NCBI GenBank assembly: GCA_964057225.1
Contig: OZ059894.1
Span: 1,860,001 to 1,924,000, forward strand
Reading direction: 5' to 3'
From: Auanema rhodensis
Lineage: Eukaryota; Animalia; Nematoda
DNA length: 64,000 nt
How positions within the stretch are numbered: the first letter of the stretch is position 1; every line of letters starts with the position of its first letter. This document shows, piece by piece, positions 11,233 through 25,300 of this stretch. The position numbers and the translations under genes were made by a program. The notes under the pieces are model-generated. The model had not been told where the DNA came from and searched no databases. It saw nothing but the letters and a program-made list of their open reading frames with translations.

Positions 11233-14040
11233 AAAGTAGATGTTTTTAGATTCCTTTTTTTAAGGCAAAGACGATGGACAATGTTATTCAACGAAAAAAT
11301 CAATTCTTCAGGGTGAAAATCGAGGATATAAGTGTGAACTTATATCAGTTGATATCTCGGTGCATTTTTAAGCTAGCGCAAATCTGATAACACAGATCGA
11401 CGCAGCTTGAGAATCCGCATCGAATGCACTATACTACATTGAGGAACGCTTAATACAAAAATTAGTTATGATCGTTTGAAAAATGATGCATTAGTGTATG
11501 TTGAGTTTCCATGTACACTCAACATAGCTTCCAAAAACATTTTGACAAAAATTTTTTCGAAAAATTTCAAAATAATTTAGCAGAAAGTAGATGTTTTTAG
11601 ATTCCTTTTTTTAAGGCAAAGACGATGGACAATGTTATTCAACGGAAAAATTAATTCTTCAGGGTGAAAATCGAGGATATAAGTGTTAACTTATATCAGT
11701 TGATATCTCGGTGCATTTTTAAGCTAGCGCAAATTTGATAACACAGATCGACGCAGCTTGAAAATCCGCATCGAATGCACTATACTACATTGAGGAACGC
11801 TTAATACAAAAATTAGTTATGATCGTTTGAAAAATGATGCATTAGTGTATGTTGAGTTTCCATGTACACTCAACATAGCTTCCAAAAACATTTTGACAAA
11901 AATTTTTTCGAAAAATTTCAAAATAATTTAGCAGAAAGTAGATGTTTTTAGATTCCTTTTTTTAAGGCAAAGACGATGGACAATGTTATTCAACGAAAAA
12001 ATTAATTCTTCAGGGTGAAAATCGAGGATATAAGTGTGAACTTATATCAGTTGATATCTCGGTGCATTTTTAAGCTAGCGCAAATCTGATAACACAGATC
12101 GACGCAGCTTGAAAATCCGCATCGAATGCACTATACTACATTGAGGAACGCTTAATACAAAAATTAGTTATGATCGTTTGAAAAATGATGCATTAGTGTA
12201 TGTTGAGTTTCCATGTACACTCAACATAGCTTCCAAAAACATTTTGACAAAAATTTTTTCGAAAAATTTCAAAATAATTTAGCAGAAAGTAGATGTTTTT
12301 AGATTCCTTTTTTTAAGGCAAAGACGATGGACAATGTTATTCAACGGAAAAATTAATTCTTCAGGGTGAGAATCGAAGATATAAGTGTTAACTTATATCA
12401 GTTGATATCTCGGTGCATTTTTAAGCTAGCGCAAATTTGATAACACAGATCGACGCAGCTTGAAAATCCGCATCGAATGCACTATACTACATTGAGGAAC
12501 GCTTAATACAAAAATTAGTTATGATCGTTTGAAAAATGATGCATTAGTGTATGTTGAGTTTCCATGTACACTCAACATAGCTTCCAACAACATTTTGACA
12601 AAAATTTTTTCGAAAAATTTCAAAATAATTTAGCAGAAAGTAGATGTTTTTAGATTCCTTTTTTTAAGGCAAAGACGATGGACAATGTTATTCAACGAAA
12701 AAATTAATTCTTCAGGGTGAAAATCGAGGATATAAGTGTGAACTTATATCAGTTGATATCTCGGTGCATTTTTAAGCTAGCGCAAATCTGATAACACAGA
12801 TCGACGCAGCTTGAAAATCCGCATCGAATGCACTATACTACATTGAGGAACGCTTGATACAAAAATTAGTTATTATCGTTTGAAAAATGATGCATTAGTG
12901 TATGTTGAGTTTCCATGTACACTCAACATAGCTTCCAAAAACATTTTGACAAAAATTTTTTCGAAAAATTTCAAAATAATTTAGCAGAAAGTAGATGTTT
13001 TTAGATTCCTTTTTTTAAGGCAAAGACGACGGACAATGTTATTCAACGAAAAAATTAATTCTTCAGGGTGAAAATCGAGGATATAAGTGTGAACTTATAT
13101 CAGTTGATATCTCGGTGCATTTTTAAGCTAGCGCAAATCTGATAACACAGATCGACGCAGCTTGAAAATCCGCATCGAATGCACTATACTACATTGAGGA
13201 ACGCTTAATACAAAAATTAGTTATGATCGTTTGAAAAATGATGCATTAGTGTATGTTGAGTTTCCATGTACACTCAACATAGCTTCCAAAAACATTTTGA
13301 CAAAAATTTTTTCGAAAAATTTCAAAATAATTTAGCAGAAAGTAGATGTTTTTAGATTCCTTTTTTTAAGGCAAAGACGATGGACAATGTTATTCAACGA
13401 AAAAATTAATTCTTCAGGGTGAAAATCGAGGATATAAGTGTGAACTTATATCAGTTGATATCTCGGTGCATTTTTAAGCTAGCGCAAATCTGATAACACA
13501 GATCGACGCAGCTTGAAAATCCGCATCGAATGCACTATACTACATTGAGGAACGCTTAATACAAAAATTAGTTATGATTGTTTGAAAAATGATGCATTAG
13601 TGTATGTTGAGTTTCCATGTACACTCAACATAGCTTCCAAAAACATTTTGACAAAAATTTTTTCGAAAAATTTCAAAATAATTTAGCAGAAAGTAGATGT
13701 TTTTAGATTCCTTTTTTTAAGGCAAAGACGATGGACAATGTTATTCAACTAAAAAATTAATTCTTCAGGGTGAAAATCGAGGATATAAGTGTGAACTTAT
13801 ATCAGTTGATATCTCGGTGCATTTTTAAGCTAGCGCAAATCTGATAACACAGATCGACGCAGCTTGAAAATCCGCATCGAATGCACTATACTACTTTGAG
13901 AAACGCTTAATACAAAAATTAGTTATGATCGTTTGAAAAATGATGCATTAGTGTATGTTGAGTTTCCATGTACACTCAACATAGCTTCCAAAAACATTTT
14001 GACAAAATTTTTTTCGAAAAATTTCAAAATAATTTAGCAG
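11233..14040 (+). repeat. 8-monomer block, copy 2 (M33-M40), offset 13 monomers = 4563 bp
   Basis: Same ordered signature as 6670-9477. It differs by lacking A319T in M37 and by a private G61T at 13750. Confidence 0.88.
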
Positions 14041-17000
14041 AAAGTAGATGTTTTTAGATTCCTTTTTTTAAGGCAAAGACGACGGACAATGTTATTCAAC
14101 GAAAAAATTAATTCTTCAGGGTGAAAATCGAGGATATAAGTGTGAACTTATATCAGTTGATATCTCGGTGCATTTTTAAGCTAGCGCAAATCTGATAACA
14201 CAGATCGACGCAGCTTGAAAATCCGCATCGAATGCACTATACTACATTGAGGAACGCTTAATACAAAAATTAGTTATGATTGTTTGAAAAATGATGCATT
14301 AGTGTATGTTGAGTTTCCATGTACACTCAACATAGCTTCCAAAAACATTTTGACAAAAATTTTTTCGAAAAATTTCAAAATAATTTAGCAGAAAGTAGAT
14401 GTTTTTAGATTCCTTTTTTTAAGGCAAAGACGATGGACAATGTTATTCAACGAAAAAATTAATTCTTCAGGGTGAAAATCGAGGATATAAGTGTGAACTT
14501 ATATCAGTTGATATCTCGGTGCATTTTTAAGCTAGCGCAAATCTGATAACACAGATCGACGCAGCTTGAAAATCCGCATCGAATGCACTATACTACTTTG
14601 AGAAACGCTTAATACAAAAATTAGTTATGATCGTTTGAAAAATGATGCATTAGTGTATGTTGAGTTTCCATGTACACTCAACATAGCTTCCAAAAACATT
14701 TTGACAAAATTTTTTTCGAAAAATTTCAAAATAATTTAGCAGAAAGTAGATGTTTTTAGATTCCTTTTTTTAAGGCAAAGACGACGGACAATGTTATTCA
14801 ACGAAAAAATTAATTCTTCAGGGTGAAAATCGAGGATATAAGTGTGAACTTATATCAGTTGATATCTCGGTGCATTTTTAAGCTAGCGCAAATCTGATAA
14901 CACAGATCGACGCAGCTTGAAAATCCGCATCGAATGCACTATACTACATTGAGGAACGCTTAATACAAAAATTAGTTATGATTGTTTGAAAAATGATGCA
15001 TTAGTGTATGTTGAGTTTCCATGTACACTCAACATAGCTTCCAAAAACATTTTGACAAAAATTTTTTCGAAAAATTTCAAAATAATTTAGCAGAAAGTAG
15101 ATGTTTTTAGATTCCTTTTTTTAAGGCAAAGACGATGGACAATGTTATTCAACGAAAAAATTAATTCTTCAGGGTGAAAATCGAGGATATAAGTGTGAAC
15201 TTATATCAGTTGATATCTCGGTGCATTTTTAAGCTAGCGCAAATCTGATAACACAGATCGACGCAGCTTGAAAATCCGCATCGAATGCACTATACTACAT
15301 TGAGGAACGCTTAATACAAAAATTAGTTATGATTGTTTGAAAAATGATGCATTAGTGTATGTTGAGTTTCCATGTACACTCAACATAGCTTCCAAAAACA
15401 TTTTGACAAAAATTTTTTCGAAAAATTTCAAAATAATTTAGCAGAAAGTAGATGTTTTTAGATTCCTTTTTTTAAGGCAAAGACGATGGACAATGTTATT
15501 CAACGAAAAAATTAATTCTTCAGGGTGAAAATCGAGGATATAAGTGTGAACTTATATCAGTTGATATCTCGGTGCATTTTTAAGCTAGCGCAAATCTGAT
15601 AACACAGATCGACGCAGCTTGAAAATCCGCATCGAATGCACTATACTACTTTGAGAAACGCTTAATACAAAAATTAGTTATGATCGTTTGAAAAATGATG
15701 CATTAGTGTATGTTGAGTTTCCATGTACACTCAACATAGCTTCCAAAAACATTTTGACAAAATTTTTTTCGAAAAATTTCAAAATAATTTAGCAGAAAGT
15801 AGATGTTTTTAGATTCCTTTTTTTAAGGCAAAGACGACGGACAATGTTATTCAACGAAAAAATTAATTCTTCAGGGTGAAAATCGAGGATATAAGTGTGA
15901 ACTTATATCAGTTGATATCTCGGTGCATTTTTAAGCTAGCGCAAATCTGATAACACAGATCGACGCAGCTTGAAAATCCGCATCGAATGCACTATACTAC
16001 ATTGAGGAACGCTTAATACAAAAATTAGTTATGATCGTTTGAAAAATGATGCATTAGTGTATGTTGAGTTTCCATGTACACTCAACATAGCTTCCAAAAA
16101 CATTTTGACAAAAATTTTTTCGAAAAATTTCAAAATAATTTAGCAGAAAGTAGATGTTTTTAGATTCCTTTTTTTAAGGCAAAGACGATGGACAATGTTA
16201 TTCAACGAAAAAATTAATTCTTCAGGGTGAAAATCGAGGATATAAGTGTGAACTTATATCAGTTGATATCTCGGTGCATTTTTAAGCTAGCGCAAATCTG
16301 ATAACACAGATCGACGCAGCTTGAAAATCCGCATCGAATGCACTATACTACATTGAGGAACGCTTAATACAAAAATTAGTTATGATCGTTTGAAAAATGA
16401 TGCATTAGTGTATGTTGAGTTTCCATGTACACTCAACATAGCTTCCAAAAACATTTTGACAAAAATTTTTTCGAAAATTTTCAAAATAATTTAGCAGAAA
16501 GTAGATGTTTTTAGATTCCTTTTTTTAAGGCAAAGACGATGGACATTGTTATTCAACGAAAAAATTAATTCTTCAGGGTGAAAATCGAGGATATAAGTGT
16601 GAACTTATATCAGTTGATATCTCGGTGCATTTTTAAGCTAGCGCAAATCTGATAACACAGATGGACGCAGCTTGAAAATCCGCATCGAATGCACTATACT
16701 ACATTGAGGAACGCTTAATACAAAAATTAGTTATGATCGTTTGAAATATGATGCATTAGTGTATGTTGAGTTTCCATGTACACTCAACATAGCTTCCAAA
16801 AACATTTTGACAAAAATTTTTTCGAAAAATTTCAAAATAATTTAGCAGAAAGTAGATGTTTTTAGATTCCTTTTTTTAAGGCAAAGACGATGGACATTGT
16901 TATTCAACGAAAAAATTAACTCTTCAGGGTGAAAATCGAGGATATAAGTGTGAACTTATATCAGTTGATATCTCGGTGCATTTTTAAGCTAGCGCAAATC

Positions 17001-17199
17001 TGATAACACAGATCGACGCAGCTTGAAAATCCGCATCGAATGCACTATACTACATTGAGGAACGCTTAATACAAAAATTAGTTATGATCGTTTGAAAAAT
17101 GATGCATTAGTGTATGTTGAGTTTCCATGTACACTCAACATAGCTTCCAAAAACATTTTGACAAAAATTTTTTCGAAAAATTTCAAAATAATTTAGCAG

Positions 17200-19305
17200 A
17201 AAGTAGATGTTTTTAGATTCCTTTTTTTAAGGCAAAGACGATGGACAATGTTATTCAACGAAAAAATTAATTCTTCAGGGTGAAAATCGAGGATATAAGT
17301 GTGAACTTATATCAGTTGATATCTCGGTGCATTTTTAAGCTAGCGCAAATCTGATAACACAGATCGACGCAGCTTGAAAATCCGCATCGAATGCACTATA
17401 CTACTTTGAGAAACGCTTAATACAAAAATTAGTTATGATCGTTTGAAAAATGATGCATTAGTGTATGTTGAGTTTCCATGTACACTCAACATAGCTTCCA
17501 AAAACATTTTGACAAAATTTTTTTCGAAAAATTTCAAAATAATTTAGCAGAAAGTAGATGTTTTTAGATTCCTTTTTTTAAGGCAAAGACGACGGACAAT
17601 GTTATTCAACGAAAAAATTAATTCTTCAGGGTGAAAATCGAGGATATAAGTGTGAACTTATATCAGTTGATATCTCGGTGCATTTTTAAGCTAGCGCAAA
17701 TCTGATAACACAGATCGACGCAGCTTGAAAATCCGCATCGAATGCACTATACTACATTGAGGAACGCTTAATACAAAAATTAGTTATGATTGTTTGAAAA
17801 ATGATGCATTAGTGTATGTTGAGTTTCCATGTACACTCAACATAGCTTCCAAAAACATTTTGACAAAAATTTTTTCGAAAAATTTCAAAATAATTTAGCA
17901 GAAAGTAGATGTTTTTAGATTCCTTTTTTTAAGGCAAAGACGATGGACAATGTTATTCAACGAAAAAATTAATTCTTCAGGGTGAAAATCGAGGATATAA
18001 GTGTGAACTTATATCAGTTGATATCTCGGTGCATTTTTAAGCTAGCGCAAATCTGATAACACAGATCGACGCAGCTTGAAAATCCGCATCGAATGCACTA
18101 TACTACTTTGAGAAACGCTTAATACAAAAATTAGTTATGATCGTTTGAAAAATGATGCATTAGTGTATGTTGAGTTTCCATGTACACTCAACATAGCTTC
18201 CAAAAACATTTTGACAAAATTTTTTTCGAAAAATTTCAAAATAATTTAGCAGAAAGTAGATGTTTTTAGATTCCTTTTTTTAAGGCAAAGACGACGGACA
18301 ATGTTATTCAACGAAAAAATTAATTCTTCAGGGTGAAAATCGAGGATATAAGTGTGAACTTATATCAGTTGATATCTCGGTGCATTTTTAAGCTAGCGCA
18401 AATCTGATAACACAGATCGACGCAGCTTGAAAATCCGCATCGAATGCACTATACTACATTGAGGAACGCTTAATACAAAAATTAGTTATGATTGTTTGAA
18501 AAATGATGCATTAGTGTATGTTGAGTTTCCATGTACACTCAACATAGCTTCCAAAAACATTTTGACAAAAATTTTTTCGAAAAATTTCAAAATAATTTAG
18601 CAGAAAGTAGATGTTTTTAGATTCCTTTTTTTAAGGCAAAGACGATGGACAATGTTATTCAACGAAAAAATTAATTCTTCAGGGTGAAAATCGAGGATAT
18701 AAGTGTGAACTTATATCAGTTGATATCTCGGTGCATTTTTAAGCTAGCGCAAATCTGATAACACAGATCGACGCAGCTTGAAAATCCGCATCGAATGCAC
18801 TATACTACTTTGAGAAACGCTTAATACAAAAATTAGTTATGATCGTTTGAAAAATGATGCATTAGTGTATGTTGAGTTTCCATGTACACTCAACATAGCT
18901 TCCAAAAACATTTTGACAAAATTTTTTTCGAAAAATTTCAAAATAATTTAGCAGAAAGTAGATGTTTTTAGATTCCTTTTTTTAAGGCAAAGACGACGGA
19001 CAATGTTATTCAACGAAAAAATTAATTCTTCAGGGTGAAAATCGAGGATATAAGTGTGAACTTATATCAGTTGATATCTCGGTGCATTTTTAAGCTAGCG
19101 CAAATCTGATAACACAGATCGACGCAGCTTGAAAATCCGCATCGAATGCACTATACTACATTGAGGAACGCTTAATACAAAAATTAGTTATGATCGTTTG
19201 AAAAATGATGCATTAGTGTATGTTGAGTTTCCATGTACACTCAACATAGCTTCCAAAAACATTTTGACAAAAATTTTTTCGAAAAATTTCAAAATAATTT
19301 AGCAG
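17200..19305 (+). repeat. Local 2-monomer higher-order repeat (also at 13690-15093)
   Basis: A206T+G212A+A319T monomers alternate with T43C(+C241T) monomers across M50-M55 and M40-M43. Confidence 0.8.
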
Positions 19306-22300
19306 AAAGTAGATGTTTTTAGATTCCTTTTTTTAAGGCAAAGACGATGGACAATGTTATTCAACGAAAAAATTAATTCTTCAGGGTGAAAATCGAGGAT
19401 ATAAGTGTGAACTTATATCAGTTGATATCTCGGTGCATTTTTAAGCTAGCGCAAATCTGATAACACAGATCGACGCAGCTTGAAAATCCGCATCGAATGC
19501 ACTATACTACATTGAGGAACGCTTAATACAAAAATTAGTTATGATCGTTTGAAAAATGATGCATTAGTGTATGTTGAGTTTCCATGTACACTCAACATAG
19601 CTTCCAAAAACATTTTGACAAAAATTTTTTCGAAAATTTTCAAAATAATTTAGCAGAAAGTAGATGTTTTTAGATTCCTTTTTTTAAGGCAAAGACGATG
19701 GACATTGTTATTCAACGAAAAAATTAATTCTTCAGGGTGAAAATCGAGGATATAAGTGTGAACTTATATCAGTTGATATCTCGGTGCATTTTTAAGCTAG
19801 CGCAAATCTGATAACACAGATGGACGCAGCTTGAAAATCCGCATCGAATGCACTATACTACATTGAGGAACGCTTAATACAAAAATTAGTTATGATCGTT
19901 TGAAATATGATGCATTAGTGTATGTTGAGTTTCCATGTACACTCAACATAGCTTCCAAAAACATTTTGACAAAAATTTTTTCGAAAAATTTCAAAATAAT
20001 TTAGCAGAAAGTAGATGTTTTTAGATTCCTTTTTTTAAGGCAAAGACGATGGACAATATTATTCAACGAAAAAATTAATTCTTCAGGGTGAAAATCGAGG
20101 ATATAAGTGTGAACTTATATCAGTTGATATCTCGGTGCATTTTTAAGCTAGCGCAAATTTGATAACACAGATCGACGCAGCTTGAAAATCCGCATCGAAT
20201 GCACTATACTACATTGAGGAACGCTTAATACAAAAATTAGTTATGATCGTTTGAAAAATGATGCATTAGTGTATGTTGAGTTTCCATGTACACTCAACAT
20301 AGCTTCCAAAAACATTTTGACAAAAATTTTTTCGAAAAATTTCAAAATAATTTAGCAGAAAGTAGATGTTTTTAGATTCCTTTTTTTAAGGCAAAGACGA
20401 TGGACAATGTTATTCAACGAAAAAATTAATTCTTCAGGGTGAAAATCGAGGATATAAGTGTGAACTTATATCAGTTGATATCTCGGTGCATTTTTAAGCT
20501 AGCGCAAATCTGATAACACAGATCGACGCAGCTTGAAAATCCGCATCGAATGCACTATACTACTTTGAGAAACGCTTAATACAAAAATTAGTTATGATCG
20601 TTTGAAAAATGATGCATTAGTGTATGTTGAGTTTCCATGTACACTCAACATAGCTTCCAAAAACATTTTGACAAAAATTTTTTCGAAAATTTTCAAAATA
20701 ATTTAGCAGAAAGTAGATGTTTTTAGATTCCTTTTTTTAAGGCAAAGACGATGGACATTGTTATTCAACGAAAAAATTAATTCTTCAGGGTGAAAATCGA
20801 GGATATAAGTGTGAACTTATATCAGTTGATATCTCGGTGCATTTTTAAGCTAGCGCAAATCTGATAACACAGATGGACGCAGCTTGAAAATCCGCATCGA
20901 ATGCACTATACTACATTGAGGAACGCTTAATACAAAAATTAGTTATGATCGTTTGAAATATGATGCATTAGTGTATGTTGAGTTTCCATGTACACTCAAC
21001 ATAGCTTCCAAAAACATTTTGACAAAAATTTTTTCGAAAAATTTCAAAATAATTTAGCAGAAAGTAGATGTTTTTAGATTCCTTTTTTTAAGGCAAAGAC
21101 GATGGACAATGTTATTCAACGAAAAAATTAATTCTTCAGGGTGAAAATCGAGGATATAAGTGTGAACTTATATCAGTTGATATCTCGGTGCATTTTTAAG
21201 CTAGCGCAAATTTGATAACACAGATCGACGCAGCTTGAAAATCCGCATCGAATGCACTATACTACATTGAGGAACGCTTAATACAAAAATTAGTTATGAT
21301 CGTTTGAAAAATGATGCATTAGTGTATGTTGAGTTTCCATGTACACTCAACATAGCTTCCAAAAACATTTTGACAAAAATTTTTTCGAAAAATTTCAAAA
21401 TAATTTAGCAGAAAGTAGATGTTTTTAGATTCCTTTTTTTAAGGCAAAGACGATGGACAATGTTATTCAACGAAAAAATTAATTCTTCAGGGTGAAAATC
21501 GAGGATATAAGTGTGAACTTATATCAGTTGATATCTCGGTGCATTTTTAAGCTAGCGCAAATCTGATAACACAGATCGACGCAGCTTGAAAATCCGCATC
21601 GAATGCACTATACTACTTTGAGAAACGCTTAATACAAAAATTAGTTATGATCGTTTGAAAAATGATGCATTAGTGTATGTTGAGTTTCCATGTACACTCA
21701 ACATAGCTTCCAAAAACATTTTGACAAAATTTTTTTCAAAAAATTTCAAAATAATTTAGCAGAAAGTAGATGTTTTTAGATTCCTTTTTTTAAGGCAAAG
21801 ACGACGGACAATGTTATTCAACGAAAAAATTAATTCTTCAGGGTGAAAATCGAGGATATAAGTGTGAACTTATATCAGTTGATATCTCGGTGCATTTTTA
21901 AGCTAGCGCAAATCTGATAACACAGATCGACGCAGCTTGAAAATCCGCATCGAATGCACTATACTACATTGAGGAACGCTTAATACAAAAATTAGTTATG
22001 ATCGTTTGAAAAATGATGCATTAGTGTATGTTGAGTTTCCATGTACACTCAACATAGCTTCCAAAAACATTTTGACAAAAATTTTTTCGAAAAATTTCAA
22101 AATAATTTAGCAGAAAGTAGATGTTTTTAGATTCCTTTTTTTAAGGCAAAGACGATGGACAATGTTATTCAACGAAAAAATTAATTCTTCAGGGTGAAAA
22201 TCGAGGATATAAGTGTGAACTTATATCAGTTGATATCTCGGTGCATTTTTAAGCTAGCGCAAATCTGATAACACAGATCGACGCAGCTTGAAAATCCGCA

Positions 22301-25300
22301 TCGAATGCACTATACTACATTGAGGAACGCTTAATACAAAAATTAGTTATGATCGTTTGAAAAATGATGCATTAGTGTATGTTGAGTTTCCATGTACACT
22401 CAACATAGCTTCCAAAAACATTTTGACAAAAATTTTTTCGAAAAATTTCAAAATAATTTAGCAGAAAGTAGATGTTTTTAGATTCCTTTTTTTAAGGCAA
22501 AGACGATGGACAATGTTATTCAACGAAAAAATTAATTCTTCAGGGTGAAAATCGAGGATATAAGTGTGAACTTATATCAGTTGATATCTCGGTGCATTTT
22601 TAAGCTAGCGCAAATCTGATAACACAGATCGACGCAGCTTGAAAATCCGCATCGAATGCACTATACTACATTGAGGAACGCTTAATACAAAAATTAGTTA
22701 TGATCGTTTGAAAAATGATGCATTAGTGTATGTTGAGTTTCCATGTACACTCAACATAGCTTCCAAAAACATTTTGACAAAAATTTTTTCGAAAAATTTC
22801 AAAATAATTTAGCAGAAAGTAGATGTTTTTAGATTCCTTTTTTTAAGGCAAAGACGATGGACAATGTTATTCAACGAAAAAATTAATTCTTCAGGGTGAA
22901 AATCGAGAATATAAGTGTGAACTTATATCAGTTGATATCTCGGTGCATTTTTAAGCTAGCGCAAATCTGATAACACAGATCGACGCAGCTTGAAAATCCG
23001 CATCGAATGCACTATACTACATTGAGGAACGCTTAATACAAAAATTAGTTATGATCGTTTGAAAAATGATGCATTAGTGTATGTTGAGTTTCCATGTACA
23101 CTCAACATAGCTTCCAAAAACATTTTGACAAAAATTTTTTCGAAAAATTTCAAAATAATTTAGCAGAAAGTAGATGTTTTTAGATTCCTTTTTTTAAGGC
23201 AAAGACGATGGACAATGTTATTCAACGAAAAAATTAATTCTTCAGGGTGAAAATCGAGGATATAAGTGTGAACTTATATCAGTTGATATCTCGGTGCATT
23301 TTTAAGCTAGCGCAAATCTGATAACACAGATCGACGCAGCTTGAAAATCCGCATCGAATGCACTATACTACATTGAGGAACGCTTAATACAAAAATTAGT
23401 TATGATCGTTTGAAAAATGATGCATTAGTGTATGTTGAGTTTCCATGTACACTCAACATAGCTTCCAAAAACATTTTGACAAAACTTTTTTCGAAAAATT
23501 TCAAAATAATTTAGCAGAAAGTAGATGTTTTTAGATTCCTTTTTTTAAGGCAAAGACGATGGACAATGTTATTCAACGAAAAAATTAATTCTTCAGGGTG
23601 AAAATCGAGAATATAAGTGTGAACTTATATCAGTTGATATCTCGGTGCATTTTTAAGCTAGCGCAAATCTGATAACACAGATCGACGCAGCTTGAAAATC
23701 CGCATCGAATGCACTATACTACATTGAGGAACGCTTAATACAAAAATTAGTTATGATCGTTTGAAAAATGATGCATTAGTGTATGTTGAGTTTCCATGTA
23801 CACTCAACATAGCTTCCAAAAACATTTTGACAAAAATTTTTTCGAAAAATTTCAAAATAATTTAGCAGAAAGTAGATGTTTTTAGATTCCTTTTTTTAAG
23901 GCAAAGACGATGGACAATGTTATTCAACGAAAAAATTAATTCTTCAGGGTGAAAATCGAGGATATAAGTGTGAACTTATATCAGTTGATATCTCGGTGCA
24001 TTTTTAAGCTAGCGCAAATCTGATAACACAGATCGACGCAGCTTGAAAATCCGCATCGAATGCACTATACTACATTGAGGAACGCTTAATACAAAAATTA
24101 GTTATGATCGTTTGAAAAATGATGCATTAGTGTATGTTGAGTTTCCATGTACACTCAACATAGCTTCCAAAAACATTTTGACAAAAATTTTTTCGAAAAA
24201 TTTCAAAATAATTTAGCAGAAAGTAGATGTTTTTAGATTCCTTTTTTTAAGGCAAAGACGATGGACAATGTTATTCAACGAAAAAATTAATTCTTCAGGG
24301 TGAAAATCGAGGATATAAGTGTGAACTTATATCAGTTGATATCTCGGTGCATTTTTAAGCTAGCGCAAATCTGATAACACAGATCGACGCAGCTTGAAAA
24401 TCCGCATCGAATGCACTATACTACTTTGAGAAACGCTTAATACAAAAATTAGTTATGATCGTTTGAAAAATGATGCATTAGTGTATGTTGAGTTTCCATG
24501 TACACTCAACATAGCTTCCAAAAACATTTTGACAAAATTTTTTTCGAAAAATTTCAAAATAATTTAGCAGAAAGTAGATGTTTTTAGATTCCTTTTTTTA
24601 AGGCAAAGACGACAGACAATGTTATTCAACGAAAAAATTAATTCTTCAGGGTGAAAATCGAGGATATAAGTGTGAACTTATATCAGTTGATATCTCGGTG
24701 CATTTTTAAGCTAGCGCAAATCTGATAACACAGATCGACGCAGCTTGAAAATCCGCATCGAATGCACTATACTACATTGAGGAACGCTTAATACAAAAAT
24801 TAGTTATGATCGTTTGAAAAATGATGCATTAGTGTATGTTGAGTTTCCATGTACACTCAACATAGCTTCCAAAAACATTTTGACAAAAATTTTTTCGAAA
24901 AATTTCAAAATAATTTAGCAGAAAGTAGATGTTTTTAGATTCCTTTTTTTAAGGCAAAGACGATGCACAATGTTATTCAACGAAAAAATTAATTCTTCAG
25001 GGTGAAAATCGAGAATATAAGTGTGAACTTATATCAGTTGATATCTCGGTGCATTTTTAAGCTAGCGCAAATCTGATAACACAGATCGACGCAGCTTGAA
25101 AATCCGCATCGAATGCACTATACTACATTGAGGAACGCTTAATACAAAAATTAGTTATGATCGTTTGAAAAATGATGCATTAGTGTATGTTGAGTTTCCA
25201 TGTACACTCAACATAGCTTCCAAAAACATTTTGACAAAAATTTTTTCGAAAAATTTCAAAATAATTTAGCAGAAAGTAGATGTTTTTAGATTCCTTTTTT

